A DNA stretch of 64,000 nucleotides, taken from Escherichia phage phiAPCEc03. The notes beneath the pieces are model-generated. The model worked only from the letters and a program-made list of their open reading frames with translations. It did no database searches and was not told the origin of the DNA. The first letter of the stretch is position 1. Every line of letters starts with the position of its first letter. The stretch lies in the sequence record NC_047754.1; one strand, 5' to 3'. The position numbers and the translations under genes were made by a program. Of this stretch, positions 55,074 to 64,000 are shown piece after piece.

Positions 55074-56948
55074 TTATTTAGCTCGAATATCCTGATGCTT
55101 CACTCTGCCCATCACCTCGTGCTGTTTGCCGGGGTTAAATGGACGAGCACCCGGATTTCCAAGATACCCACAAACTCTACGAGTTACTTCAAGAGTTTCG
55201 GGGTCATGATTACCACAGATAGGGCACTTAAATCCATCTTCGGATGCTATTGTTTCACCTAAGAATCCACATTTACCACAAGAATCCACTGGAGTATTAA
55301 TACCGAAGTAATGAACCTTACTAGCAGCATAATTAATAACCCATTCCAGTGCATCTGGGAATCGTTTCATATCCGGTAGTTCTACATAGGAAATGCACCC
55401 ACCAGAAGCAATCGGAGTAAAGTTAGATTCATAATCAAATTTTACGTTAGGAGCAACTTTACGTTCCACATCAAGGTGATGAGAGTTAGTGTAGTATCCT
55501 TTGGACAGAATATCTTCATGCTCCGAGAAATATTCACGGTCTAGACGACAAAAACGGTCACATAGGGATTCTGATGGTGTAGCATACAGGCTATAACCTA
55601 ACTTAGTTTCTTCCTTCTTCTGATCGACTCTATCCCGCATGTACTGCAATACACGCTGAACAAACTTGATGCAGGTCTCGGACATTGTGTCTACATCTTT
55701 GCCAAACATGAACTGTAGCATTTCATGGCAACCAATATACCCTAGAGATACAGAAGCACGGTTATAGAAGTGATCGAATACATATTCATCAGGCTCCAAG
55801 CGCAGTCCAAAGGCTCCTGACATATAGAGGATGGGCGCAGCTTTAGCTTGAATGTATTTTAAGCGATCAACTCTCCACTCCAATGCTTTTAACGCTGTAT
55901 CCACACGTAGCTCAAGCAAATCAAAGAATAGATCAATATTTCCTTCAGCTTCGATAGCAATTCTAGGCAAGTTTACAGAAACAACACCTAAGTTATTACG
56001 ACCGGCAGTTTCACCATCTTCTGTAGCAGCTAGGAATGAACGGCAGCCCATAGAAACTTTATAGTCGCCAGTAACTTCCACAACCTTGTCATAGCTGATA
56101 TAATCTGGATACATACGTTCAGACGTACATTTCATAGCTAACTTCTTGATGTCATAATTAACATCTCCTGGTTTCATGTTAACGCCATCACGAAGCACAA
56201 ATACTAGTTTCGGGAAGATAGCTGTACGTTTATTGATACCTAAACCATCCATACGTACTTTTAGTATTGCTTTCTGTACTAGACGTGCCTCCCAAGAAGT
56301 TCCTAGACCAAAACCAAAGGTAATAAATGGACTCTGACCATTAGAGTTGAACATGGTATTGATTTCATATTCTAAACCCTGACAAGCGTCATAGACTTCT
56401 TTCTCAGTCATCTCCGTAGCCATTACGGATGCTTTGGCTTCATCCTTAGTCCAACGTTTTGCAAACGCATGATTTTTGTCATAGGATTTACGAACATAAG
56501 GGGCTAATACTTCATCAAGGCGGTCTACAGAAGTACCACCATACTGATGGGAGCTAACTTGAGTGATAATCTGAGCAGTAATAGCCGCCGCAGTAGTGAT
56601 AGAGTTTGGAGTGCTAATTTCAGCATTACCAACCTTCATACCATTCTTCAACATATCTTCCAGAGCTACCAGACAACAGTTAGTCATGCCTAATGCAGCA
56701 TAATCAGCATCATGGAAATGAATATCCCCAATCATATGAGCATTTCGAATCTGAATTGGCATTTCTTCTAGAATCAGATACTTACTCAATTCACCTGCAA
56801 GCATATCCCTTTGTGTAGGGAAACGTTCTGAGGGTTTATTGGCATTATTAAACAGCAGCTCTTCATCTGCTGACCCTTCGATAATCTCTTTGCAGTTTCT
56901 AATTAACGCCTGCATTTCTTTATACTTTAGTTCTTCATTGCGATTCAT
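55074..56948 (-). CDS. nrdD: anaerobic ribonucleoside-triphosphate reductase (class III, NrdD)
   Basis: 624 aa; C-terminal CPICGNHD zinc ribbon and glycyl-radical motif RVCGYLG; SD GAAGGAGAG. Confidence 0.85.
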   Translation of the reverse strand: MNRNEELKYKEMQALIRNCKEIIEGSADEELLFNNANKPSERFPTQRDMLAGELSKYLILEEMPIQIRNAHMIGDIHFHDADYAALGMTNCCLVALEDMLKNGMKVGNAEISTPNSITTAAAITAQIITQVSSHQYGGTSVDRLDEVLAPYVRKSYDKNHAFAKRWTKDEAKASVMATEMTEKEVYDACQGLEYEINTMFNSNGQSPFITFGFGLGTSWEARLVQKAILKVRMDGLGINKRTAIFPKLVFVLRDGVNMKPGDVNYDIKKLAMKCTSERMYPDYISYDKVVEVTGDYKVSMGCRSFLAATEDGETAGRNNLGVVSVNLPRIAIEAEGNIDLFFDLLELRVDTALKALEWRVDRLKYIQAKAAPILYMSGAFGLRLEPDEYVFDHFYNRASVSLGYIGCHEMLQFMFGKDVDTMSETCIKFVQRVLQYMRDRVDQKKEETKLGYSLYATPSESLCDRFCRLDREYFSEHEDILSKGYYTNSHHLDVERKVAPNVKFDYESNFTPIASGGCISYVELPDMKRFPDALEWVINYAASKVHYFGINTPVDSCGKCGFLGETIASEDGFKCPICGNHDPETLEVTRRVCGYLGNPGARPFNPGKQHEVMGRVKHQDIRAK

Positions 56949-56977
56949 TATACTCTCCTTCTCTAACTAAGACTACT

Positions 56978-57006
56978 ATTATAACTCATTCGAGGGCGGA
57001 TGTCAA
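56978..57006 (-). promoter_or_regulatory. sigma70 promoter for nrdD (-35 TTGACA, 17 nt, -10 TATAAT)
   Basis: Perfect consensus hexamers on minus strand with 17 nt spacer. Confidence 0.65.
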
Positions 57007-57057
57007 CAATATTTTACTATAAAGTTCTGTAACATGATCTGAGTCAAAAAATTTTAT

Positions 57058-57086
57058 TTGCCAATCTCTATTAAAAATTGTATAAT
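57058..57086 (+). promoter_or_regulatory. sigma70 promoter (-35 TTGCCA, 17 nt, TG-extended -10 TATAAT)
   Basis: TTGCCA-atctctattaaaaattg-TATAAT on + strand, about 215 nt upstream of phoH. Confidence 0.5.
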
Positions 57087-57198
57087 CACGCACTCGTGTA
57101 CGCGATATAAAATGATTATCTAGTATCACACATCTCACGTTAAAAGCAAGCAAATTTTTTATTTAAATGCAATATCATAGGCTTATTTAAAATTGTAG

Positions 57199-57227
57199 TT
57201 GCTTTTTACTGTATATATTGGTATAAT
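57199..57227 (+). promoter_or_regulatory. sigma70 promoter for phoH operon (-35 TTGCTT, 17 nt, -10 TATAAT)
   Basis: TTGCTT-tttactgtatatattgg-TATAAT, AT-rich upstream region. Confidence 0.6.
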
Positions 57228-57300
57228 ATATTTGTAAGTTGATAAACAAGATCTTTTTGTTGATCCTCTGTTAGCGAAGTACACTATAGGAGTGTTATTT

Positions 57301-58053
57301 ATGGGAAAAGCACGTCAAAAAAGAGAGAACCGCAATGGTTCAAGAAAGCGTGGCAACAAATATGAGAACAACGTAATTCAGGCTGATTTTTCTAATGATT
57401 ACGCTAATCCAGTTGCTAAATCCCTAGTAGGTAAAAACCGCGAGCAAAAATCATATATCAATATGATCAAGAACAACACAGTGACCGTGGGTATCGGTGA
57501 GCCGGGTACTGGTAAAACCTTTATTCCGTCCGTTCTTGCAGCTCAGGAACTCGTAGACATTCACTCAGATATTGAGCAAGTGATTCTCGTACGTCCTAAT
57601 GAACCTCTAGGTAAGTCTCTTGGTATGCTTCCTGGTGATCTAGCGGAAAAGCTAGAGCCTTGGTTGGAGCCAATAGCTGATGGTATGAAATGGGCCATCG
57701 GCGATCATGCATATAAAGGATATGTCGAACGTCAGAAAATTAAATTTTTGGCTGTCGAACATGCTCGTGGCAGAACTTTCAACAACTCCTATGTAATTGT
57801 CGATGAAGCTCAGAATATTTCCGTTGAGGCAATGATTTGTCTCCTAACTCGTGTAGGACAAGACTGCCGTTTAATTATCTGCGGAGATATAGCTCAGAAA
57901 GACATTAAAGGTGACTCAGGTCTAGCACTCCTTATGGAAGTCTATGAAAAATACGAAAATGCCCCATTCTCAATGATCGAATTGGTTGATAACGTTCGTT
58001 CTGTTGAGTCTAAAGCATTCTATGATATTTTTAAAGACATGGGGAAGGTGTAA
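57301..58053 (+). CDS. phoH: PhoH-like ATPase
   Basis: Walker A GEPGTGKT, Walker B VIVDEAQN; ATG at 57301 with TAGGAG SD preferred over GTG at 57292 used by ORF track. Confidence 0.85.
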   Translation: MGKARQKRENRNGSRKRGNKYENNVIQADFSNDYANPVAKSLVGKNREQKSYINMIKNNTVTVGIGEPGTGKTFIPSVLAAQELVDIHSDIEQVILVRPNEPLGKSLGMLPGDLAEKLEPWLEPIADGMKWAIGDHAYKGYVERQKIKFLAVEHARGRTFNNSYVIVDEAQNISVEAMICLLTRVGQDCRLIICGDIAQKDIKGDSGLALLMEVYEKYENAPFSMIELVDNVRSVESKAFYDIFKDMGKV

Positions 58054-58054
58054 T

Positions 58055-58276
58055 ATGGGAAACGTCGTTCATCTGAGCCGTAAAACTAAAATACATCGTA
58101 CCTCACTGAGTGCTGCTAATATGATTACACGTAAAGAAGGGGAAGAAAGTCCTAAGACAACCCTAGCGTGGAAAATTGTAACCTCAAATCCAAATAAACC
58201 ATTCAATTATAACGAGCTGAGCACCTCTATAGATATTCTATTAAAAGAAGTAGCTAGAGCTAAAGTAATTGAATAA
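58055..58276 (+). CDS. hypothetical small protein
   Basis: ATG at 58055 directly after phoH stop (TAATATG); ORF track's longer version (57986) overlaps phoH; 73 aa. Confidence 0.4.
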   Translation: MGNVVHLSRKTKIHRTSLSAANMITRKEGEESPKTTLAWKIVTSNPNKPFNYNELSTSIDILLKEVARAKVIE

Positions 58277-58304
58277 GCTAAAAAGCTAGACTGGTAGTAT
58301 ACAG

Positions 58305-58336
58305 GGCCTGGGTATGAAAATACTCGGGCCTTTTCT
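58305..58336 (+). terminator. intrinsic terminator
   Basis: Hairpin GGCCTGGGTAT-gaaa-ATACTCGGGCC (with G-U pairs) followed by TTTTCT. Confidence 0.5.
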
Positions 58337-58351
58337 ATCAGAAAATTTTAT

Positions 58352-58380
58352 TTGCCTAATGACCAATAATAATGTAGAAT
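58352..58380 (+). promoter_or_regulatory. sigma70 promoter for nrdA (-35 TTGCCT, 17 nt, -10 TAGAAT)
   Basis: TTGCCT-aatgaccaataataatg-TAGAAT. Confidence 0.5.
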
Positions 58381-58418
58381 ATTCCTTAAATCCTGATAAC
58401 TATAAAAAGGAAAGCCAA

Positions 58419-60749
58419 ATGAGCCATCGCATTGAAAAAGTAATTAAACGTGACGGTACTGTAGAAGACTTTGCTCCTGAAAAACTCAATGGTTGGGCAG
58501 AGTATGGTTGCAAAACAGTTGATGTAAGTTGGTCAGCCATTACTATGGCTGCTCAAAAAACTCTGCCTAAAGGGGTTGTAGATTCCGACACTCTGATGGA
58601 TGCATTAATTAAAGCTGCTGAAAGTCTTATTAAAGATAATCCAGCATACGATGTGCCAGCAAAGGAATTACGTCTTGCGCAAATGCGTAAGCGCCTTTAT
58701 GACTCTTTCGAACCACCTTCTCTACGCTTCTTCCATGATCATATGGTTAGTGTAGGTGCATGGGAAGACATGAGTGCATGGATTACCGATGAGCAGTTTG
58801 AGGCTTTGAATCAGGTTATTGACCATGATCGTGACCGTCTTTTCACTAGTGGAGGACTGAAACAATTCTTTGATAAGTATTCTCGCCGTAATATAGCAAC
58901 TGGAGAAATTTACGAAACTCCGCAATTCGCCTATATGGGTATGGCAATGGCGATGTTATCTCAACCTAACTGGACAATTCTAGATGCAATCGACCTCTAC
59001 AATGCAATGTCGCTCCACAAAATCAACGTTCCTACGCCGCCATTGGTTGGCTTGCGCTCTAGTGATCGTGGATTTGCTAGTTGTTGCCTCGTTGATTCCA
59101 CTGACACATTGGATTCAATCGACACGGCCGAACACATCGTCTTCAAAATGGTTGCAGCCAGAGCGGGAATCGGGTATCATCTTGAAAGCCGATCAATTGC
59201 TGATCCGGTGCGAAATGGGGCATTCCCGCATTCCGGAAAACTGCCATATTATCGACACATTGACCGCTCAGTAAAGGCCAATACTCAGCAAACTCGTGGT
59301 GGTTCTGCTACAGTGTCTTATCCATACTTTGATCCTGAGATCATTCAATTGATGCAGGTTAAGCAACAACGTGCTACAGATGAGAATAAAATCGATAAGA
59401 TGGATTATTCTCTGAGCTTCAACAATCTTTTACTAAAACGTTATCTGAAAAATGAAGATATTACGCTAATGTCATACTTCTATGCTCCAGAAGTTCATGA
59501 AGCGTTTTATAGTGATGACGAGGCTAAATTTGAAGAAATCTATGTGGCAGCGGAGAAACGTGTGGCATCTCTTACAAAGATCGACCACGAAGGAAAAACA
59601 GTTCCAGCAGCTCCTAAAGTCTCTGCAAAAGAAATCCTAGATACTTGGCTACGTATCCGCATGGAAACAGGACGTATGTATGCACACCACATTGCAGAAT
59701 CTAATCGTCATGGTAACTTCCTTGACCAGATTCGTATGACTAACCTTTGTGTTGAAATTACTCAACCTACACGTCCATTCCATCACATTACAGAACTGTA
59801 TAAGACAAAAGAGCAGCTTGATCAAATGAAGCCGGAGGATATTGGTGAAGTATCTCTGTGTAACTTAGGGGGTGTTGTACTTGGACGCATGGAATCTCTG
59901 GCTGAGTGGGAAAAAACTTGCTACATCCTTCTGAAATTCGTTGATACAATTATCGAAATTCAGGATTATCCGTTCCCAACTATGGAATATACGGCTAAGA
60001 AACGTCGTAATGTTGGTATTGGCCTAATGAACGCAGCAGGTGCAATGGCCGCAGAAGGTCTGGCTTATGAAGGTATTGAAGCCCGTAACTGGATTCACCG
60101 TGAGGCTGAAAAACTGTCCTACTTCCTGCATAAAGCCTCTGTACGCCTAGCTAAAGAACAGGGTGCATGTGAGTGGTTCGATCGTACTAAACCATCTAAA
60201 GGAATTCTGGTAATCGACACGTACAAGAAAACTGTTGATGAACTGGTATCCGTAGGTCTAGAAATGGATTGGGAGTCTCTACGTGCAGATATTTTGAAAT
60301 ATGGTATGCGTAACTCTGTTCTGACTGCTCAGATGCCGGGAGAAAGTTCTTCTGTTCTGTTAGGTGTTACTAACTCTATCGAACCACCACGTAAGATTGT
60401 ATCTATCAAGGGTAGTGCAGTGAATAAAGTAATTGCAATTGCTCCAGGTGCAACCGATTGGGAAACGTTAATGAGCTATAAACTGGCTTATGATGTAGAT
60501 CGTATCGAGTGGATCAAATGGGTAGCAACTATGCAGAAATTCTTCAGTCAGTCTATCAGTACGAATATGTACTATGACTACACCAAGTTTGAGAATGAAA
60601 TCATTCCTGGCCCAGTAGTAGTTCGTGATTTCATGACTGCTGTTAAGTATGGGTGGAAAACTTGGTATTATGCTAACTTCAACACTGCAAATGGTGGAGG
60701 TGCTGGAGAAGAAGCAGCCGGTTGTGCATCCGGTGGTTGTACTATTTAA
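58419..60749 (+). CDS. nrdA: ribonucleoside-diphosphate reductase large subunit (class Ia NrdA)
   Basis: ATP-cone start MSHRIEKVIKRDGTVEDF at ATG 58419 with SD AAAGGAAAG (ORF track start 58314 is upstream and unlikely); C-terminal tail Cys pair ...GCASGGCTI. Confidence 0.85.
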   Translation: MSHRIEKVIKRDGTVEDFAPEKLNGWAEYGCKTVDVSWSAITMAAQKTLPKGVVDSDTLMDALIKAAESLIKDNPAYDVPAKELRLAQMRKRLYDSFEPPSLRFFHDHMVSVGAWEDMSAWITDEQFEALNQVIDHDRDRLFTSGGLKQFFDKYSRRNIATGEIYETPQFAYMGMAMAMLSQPNWTILDAIDLYNAMSLHKINVPTPPLVGLRSSDRGFASCCLVDSTDTLDSIDTAEHIVFKMVAARAGIGYHLESRSIADPVRNGAFPHSGKLPYYRHIDRSVKANTQQTRGGSATVSYPYFDPEIIQLMQVKQQRATDENKIDKMDYSLSFNNLLLKRYLKNEDITLMSYFYAPEVHEAFYSDDEAKFEEIYVAAEKRVASLTKIDHEGKTVPAAPKVSAKEILDTWLRIRMETGRMYAHHIAESNRHGNFLDQIRMTNLCVEITQPTRPFHHITELYKTKEQLDQMKPEDIGEVSLCNLGGVVLGRMESLAEWEKTCYILLKFVDTIIEIQDYPFPTMEYTAKKRRNVGIGLMNAAGAMAAEGLAYEGIEARNWIHREAEKLSYFLHKASVRLAKEQGACEWFDRTKPSKGILVIDTYKKTVDELVSVGLEMDWESLRADILKYGMRNSVLTAQMPGESSSVLLGVTNSIEPPRKIVSIKGSAVNKVIAIAPGATDWETLMSYKLAYDVDRIEWIKWVATMQKFFSQSISTNMYYDYTKFENEIIPGPVVVRDFMTAVKYGWKTWYYANFNTANGGGAGEEAAGCASGGCTI

Positions 60750-60756
60750 TAAAAAC

Positions 60757-60790
60757 AAGGAGATCTTCGGGTCTCCTTTTTCTTTGAAAT
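60757..60790 (+). terminator. intrinsic terminator after nrdA
   Basis: Hairpin AAGGAGATC-TTCG-GGTCTCCTT followed by TTTCTTT. Confidence 0.65.
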
Positions 60791-60795
60791 TTTAC

Positions 60796-60824
60796 TTGCT
60801 AATCGCTATCAGATTTGCTATAAT
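60796..60824 (+). promoter_or_regulatory. sigma70 promoter (-35 TTGCTA, 17 nt, -10 TATAAT)
   Basis: TTGCTA-atcgctatcagatttgc-TATAAT directly upstream of the inserted HNH gene. Confidence 0.6.
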
Positions 60825-60850
60825 ATCTCCATTAGTTAAGGAGATTAGTT

Positions 60851-61366
60851 TTGATAACACAAGATGAATTAAAAAGGATTCTGGAGTATAATCCAGATGA
60901 AGGAACATTTACTTGGTTAAATAACCAAGAAGTACACAATAAAGTAAGAGGACTACCTGCTGGTTGTTTAAAACCACACTCAGTAGACCCTAACCGAAAA
61001 GACTTAGTGATACAAATCAAGGGTAAGAAGTACCCTGCACAAAATATTGCTTTCCTGTACATGACAGGAAACTTACCTAAAGTTATGGTTGACCATATAG
61101 ATGGAGATTCACTAAACTATAAGTGGACTAACCTAAGAGAAGCAGACTGGCAGTTAAATAGTCAAAATAGAAAAACCAGTAAAAACAATATATTGGGTAC
61201 TAAGAATATTCGGAAGAAAGGGTCTGGATTTCAAGTTAGAAAATCTATTAACGGAAAAGAATACGTGAAAACTCTTCCAACTCTAGAAGAGGCAATAGAG
61301 TATCGAGATTCTTTAATCCTCTCTATAACCAAAGATCCAACACTACTTAGAAACACAGATAAATAG
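60851..61366 (+). CDS. HNH-AP2 homing endonuclease inserted between nrdA and nrdB
   Basis: 171 aa; HNH core VDHIDGDSLNYKWTNLREADWQLNSQN, AP2-like SGFQVRKSINGKEYVKTLPTLEEAIEYRD; N-terminus MITQDELKRILEYNPDEGTF parallels the 40340 ORF. Confidence 0.75.
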   Translation: MITQDELKRILEYNPDEGTFTWLNNQEVHNKVRGLPAGCLKPHSVDPNRKDLVIQIKGKKYPAQNIAFLYMTGNLPKVMVDHIDGDSLNYKWTNLREADWQLNSQNRKTSKNNILGTKNIRKKGSGFQVRKSINGKEYVKTLPTLEEAIEYRDSLILSITKDPTLLRNTDK

Positions 61367-61374
61367 GAGAACTA

Positions 61375-62520
61375 ATGACAACTTTACTTAACTTAAACTG
61401 GGATCATACCAATAAAGATCTATTTCTCGGTGATTCTCTTGGTATTGCAGATTATGTACGAGTAGCCCATCCAGAGCTGGAAAGGCTGGCGTTATTAGCT
61501 CGCTCTCAATTTTGGACTGAAACTGAAATCAGTCTGGAAGCAGATAAGAAACAATGGCCCAACCTCCCACGTGAAATTCAGGAAATTACACTCCTGAACT
61601 TAGCATGGCAGACCCAAACAGATTCTTTCATTAGTCGCGCACCTGAAGCAGCTATTATGCCGCTTGTAAGCCGCCCTGAACTGGAAGGAATGCTAAAACA
61701 GTGGAGCTACTTCGAAGACCTGCATAGCCGTGCGTATAGCAACATTATCCGTAATGTGCTGACTGATCCGGCAGAATTTATTGATTCTGTAACTAAAAAC
61801 CAAGAAGCATTTGCACGTATCGCAGATTCTGTTGAACTGTTTGATGAACTGTACCAGTTAGGTCAGTATTTCATTGCAGTACGTGATCATCGTGGTGACA
61901 ATACATATCCAGAAACTGAGTTCCCTGAAGTTAAGCGTGAAACTCAGGCTAAACTGTTAGATGCTTATTTTGCAATCTACGGTCTGGAAGCAATGCAGTT
62001 CTACGCATCCTTTGCATGTACCTTTGCGTTAGCAGAGAACGATATTCTGCAAGGTATTGCTAAAAATCTGCAATTGATTGCTAAAGATGAAGCCCTACAT
62101 ACTCAGATGTCTAAAACAATCATCCAGATTATGTTCCAGCAGTTTGACAAAGATCTGGTAGATGAAGCAGTGGCTAAAGCACCAGCACAGCTCCTGAAAA
62201 CTCTGAAAACTGAAATTGAATGGGGTCATTTCATTTTCAAAGGTCGTAGTCTGATTGGCTTGAATGCAGAACTTCTAGAAGAATATCTGTACTTTGTGGG
62301 GCGCAATGCATTTATGCACATCGGTGTAGAATGGCCAAGTAATCTGCCGGTAATCACCAAAAACCCTATTCCGTGGATCATGAACTGGTTGGATACTACT
62401 TCTCTACAGCCTGCTCCGCAAGAAATCCAGATTGGTGCAGCTTACCGTGTAGGTCAGGTAACTGAGACCTCTACTGATACTCTGAAAGATCTGGGTAATG
62501 AATTTGGAGATTTCTTATGA
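61375..62520 (+). CDS. nrdB: ribonucleoside-diphosphate reductase small subunit (class Ia NrdB)
   Basis: 381 aa; ferritin-like di-iron protein with EALH-type ligand motifs; adjacent to nrdA. Confidence 0.8.
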   Translation: MTTLLNLNWDHTNKDLFLGDSLGIADYVRVAHPELERLALLARSQFWTETEISLEADKKQWPNLPREIQEITLLNLAWQTQTDSFISRAPEAAIMPLVSRPELEGMLKQWSYFEDLHSRAYSNIIRNVLTDPAEFIDSVTKNQEAFARIADSVELFDELYQLGQYFIAVRDHRGDNTYPETEFPEVKRETQAKLLDAYFAIYGLEAMQFYASFACTFALAENDILQGIAKNLQLIAKDEALHTQMSKTIIQIMFQQFDKDLVDEAVAKAPAQLLKTLKTEIEWGHFIFKGRSLIGLNAELLEEYLYFVGRNAFMHIGVEWPSNLPVITKNPIPWIMNWLDTTSLQPAPQEIQIGAAYRVGQVTETSTDTLKDLGNEFGDFL

Positions 62521-63050
62521 TTACAGCAATATATGCAGTTGGGCCGAATGGGGAGTTCGGCCTCCGCGGTAAACTTCCATGGGGTTCCTTCAAAGAAGAA
62601 CTAGATGCTTTCTATTCTCAACTGGACGTGTTGAATCCAGATAACATCATCATTGGTGCTGGTACTTATTTAGCTCTTCCATACGCCGTTAGGGAACGTA
62701 TGATTGGAGCTTCTGATCTATTTATTCGTGCTGATCGTCCACTGCCAGACGATATTACACATGATATTTACACCCCAATTTCTAAGATTGGGGATACATT
62801 GCCCACGTTCTTAAAAGATCAACAGACAGTGGTTTTAGGTGGCGCAACATTACTGTACGAAATGTATATTCATGGTCATATTGAAAGTGCTTTCGTATCC
62901 ACAATCTTTAGTAATCAAAAACTAGAGGCAGATGTACATCTGGATAATACGATTCTAGATTACAACTATGAATCTACTCGTTTAGTTTACGCAACTGGCG
63001 CAAACAGTGATAACAGCCTGCGATTTGTACAGGAATTGGTTACTTATTAA
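62517..63050 (+). CDS. frd: dihydrofolate reductase
   Basis: 177 aa; N-terminal DHFR pattern ITAIYAVGPNGEFGLRGKLPW; translationally coupled to nrdB and thyA. Confidence 0.8.
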   Translation: MITAIYAVGPNGEFGLRGKLPWGSFKEELDAFYSQLDVLNPDNIIIGAGTYLALPYAVRERMIGASDLFIRADRPLPDDITHDIYTPISKIGDTLPTFLKDQQTVVLGGATLLYEMYIHGHIESAFVSTIFSNQKLEADVHLDNTILDYNYESTRLVYATGANSDNSLRFVQELVTY

Positions 63051-63889
63051 TGCAACAATACTTAAAAATTTTGACAGATGTAATTTTACTAGGTGAACCC
63101 CGTAATGACCGTACAGGAACAGGCACAGTTTCAATTTTTGATTCCTATGCTAAGTTCGATCTACGTGAGGGATTCCCTGCCGTAACCACTAAACGTCTAG
63201 CTTGGAAATCGGTAGTTGGAGAACTCTTATGGTTCCTATCTGGGTCTACAAATCTCCATGATCTGCGTATATTCACATTTGGGCGTGACGAAGGACAGTG
63301 GACTATCTGGACCCCAAATTATGAAGACCAAGCTATAAGCATGGGTTATGCCAATGGTAATCTAGGACCAGTATATGGTAAACAATGGCGCAACTTTGGC
63401 GGACGAGATCAGATTTTAGAACTCATTGAGGGACTCAAGAATAATCCACATGGTCGTAGACACCTAGTATCTGCATGGAACGTTGCTGAACTGGATAAGA
63501 TGGCACTACCACCATGTCATTATGGTTTTCAGTGTTACGTAAGTAATGATGGATACTTAGATCTTAAATGGACACAACGTTCTGTAGACTGTTTTCTAGG
63601 CCTACCTTTCAATATTGCTAGTTATGCTTTATTAACGCACATATTAGCAAAACTGACAGGATTAAAACCTCGTTATCTTATCTTTAGTGGCGGTGATACT
63701 CATATCTATAATGACCACATGGAACAGGTAGAAGAACAGGTAAAACGTAAACCTCGTCCTCTACCGACTCTAGTAATGCCAGAATTTGTAGATTTTTACG
63801 ACTTACTAGAAAATAATACGGCAGCTTGGTCATTCCATTTAGAGGGGTACGATCCTCATCCAGCTCTTAAAGCTAAAATGTCCTCTTAA
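63050..63889 (+). CDS. thyA: thymidylate synthase
   Basis: 279 aa; active-site region LPPCHYGFQCYV and conserved N-terminal folate-binding region. Confidence 0.85.
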   Translation: MQQYLKILTDVILLGEPRNDRTGTGTVSIFDSYAKFDLREGFPAVTTKRLAWKSVVGELLWFLSGSTNLHDLRIFTFGRDEGQWTIWTPNYEDQAISMGYANGNLGPVYGKQWRNFGGRDQILELIEGLKNNPHGRRHLVSAWNVAELDKMALPPCHYGFQCYVSNDGYLDLKWTQRSVDCFLGLPFNIASYALLTHILAKLTGLKPRYLIFSGGDTHIYNDHMEQVEEQVKRKPRPLPTLVMPEFVDFYDLLENNTAAWSFHLEGYDPHPALKAKMSS

Positions 63890-63893
63890 CTTA

Positions 63894-63920
63894 AATAGCC
63901 CTTCGGGGCTATTATATTTA
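63894..63920 (+). terminator. intrinsic terminator after thyA
   Basis: Hairpin AATAGCCC-TTCG-GGGCTATT followed by ATATTTAAATTT. Confidence 0.6.
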
Positions 63921-63982
63921 AATTTCATTTGCTTATTTAGTGAAATTTAAATATAATATATTTTATAAATTGGAGGTATACA

Positions 63983-64000
63983 ATGATTTCAGCCAAAGAA
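63983..64000 (+). CDS. start of next gene (5' partial, only 6 codons in window)
   Basis: ATG at 63983 preceded by TGGAGGT SD. Confidence 0.3.

Noticed and set aside
58314-58418. N-terminal 35 codons of the nrdA ORF as drawn in the ORF track
   Set aside because: This stretch contains the nrdA promoter (58352..58380); the ATP-cone start MSHRIEKVIKRDG with SD at 58419 is the plausible start.
1-64000. tRNA genes, rRNA genes or CRISPR arrays
   Set aside because: No cloverleaf-compatible segments with T-loop consensus, no rRNA-like conserved blocks and no regularly spaced direct repeats were seen by eye; a tRNA scan would be needed to exclude tRNAs formally, especially in 51042..51420.
1-64000. 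Integrase, attachment site or lysogeny module
   Set aside because: No tyrosine or serine recombinase motifs, repressor/anti-repressor pair or att-like repeats were found; the gene content is that of a strictly lytic T5-like phage.

Overview
This window reads as a contiguous segment of a T5-like siphovirus genome (Escherichia/Salmonella-type codon usage), in reverse orientation relative to the usual T5 map. Three transcriptional blocks are visible. (1) 1.6-28.7 kb, + strand: a complete late structural module in T5 order (receptor-binding protein, small and large terminase, portal, decoration protein, prohead protease, major capsid protein, neck proteins, tail tube, collar protein, chaperones, tape measure, distal tail protein, baseplate hub, central fibre protein, and a two-gene lateral tail fibre locus), with a divergently transcribed Llp-like lipoprotein gene next to the receptor-binding gene. 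(2) 28.8-57.0 kb, - strand: the early replication/recombination module (dUTPase, flap endonuclease, SbcCD-like nuclease pair, SSB-like protein, SF2 helicase, family A DNA polymerase, primase, DnaB-like helicase, split NAD-dependent ligase, a 929-954 aa ATPase, anaerobic ribonucleotide reductase), driven by many near-consensus sigma70 promoters sharing a conserved downstream cassette. (3) 57.3-63.9 kb, + strand: phoH-nrdA-nrdB-DHFR-thyA nucleotide metabolism operon. Four paralogous HNH-AP2 homing endonuclease genes are inserted between conserved genes. The least explained part is an accessory island at 51.0-55.0 kb containing a zinc-less Sir2-like protein, a HAD phosphatase, two sets of tandem paralogs and a 620 bp non-coding leader. 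No tRNA, rRNA or CRISPR array was recognised. All family assignments are from motifs, sizes and synteny read by eye; none has been confirmed by database search.
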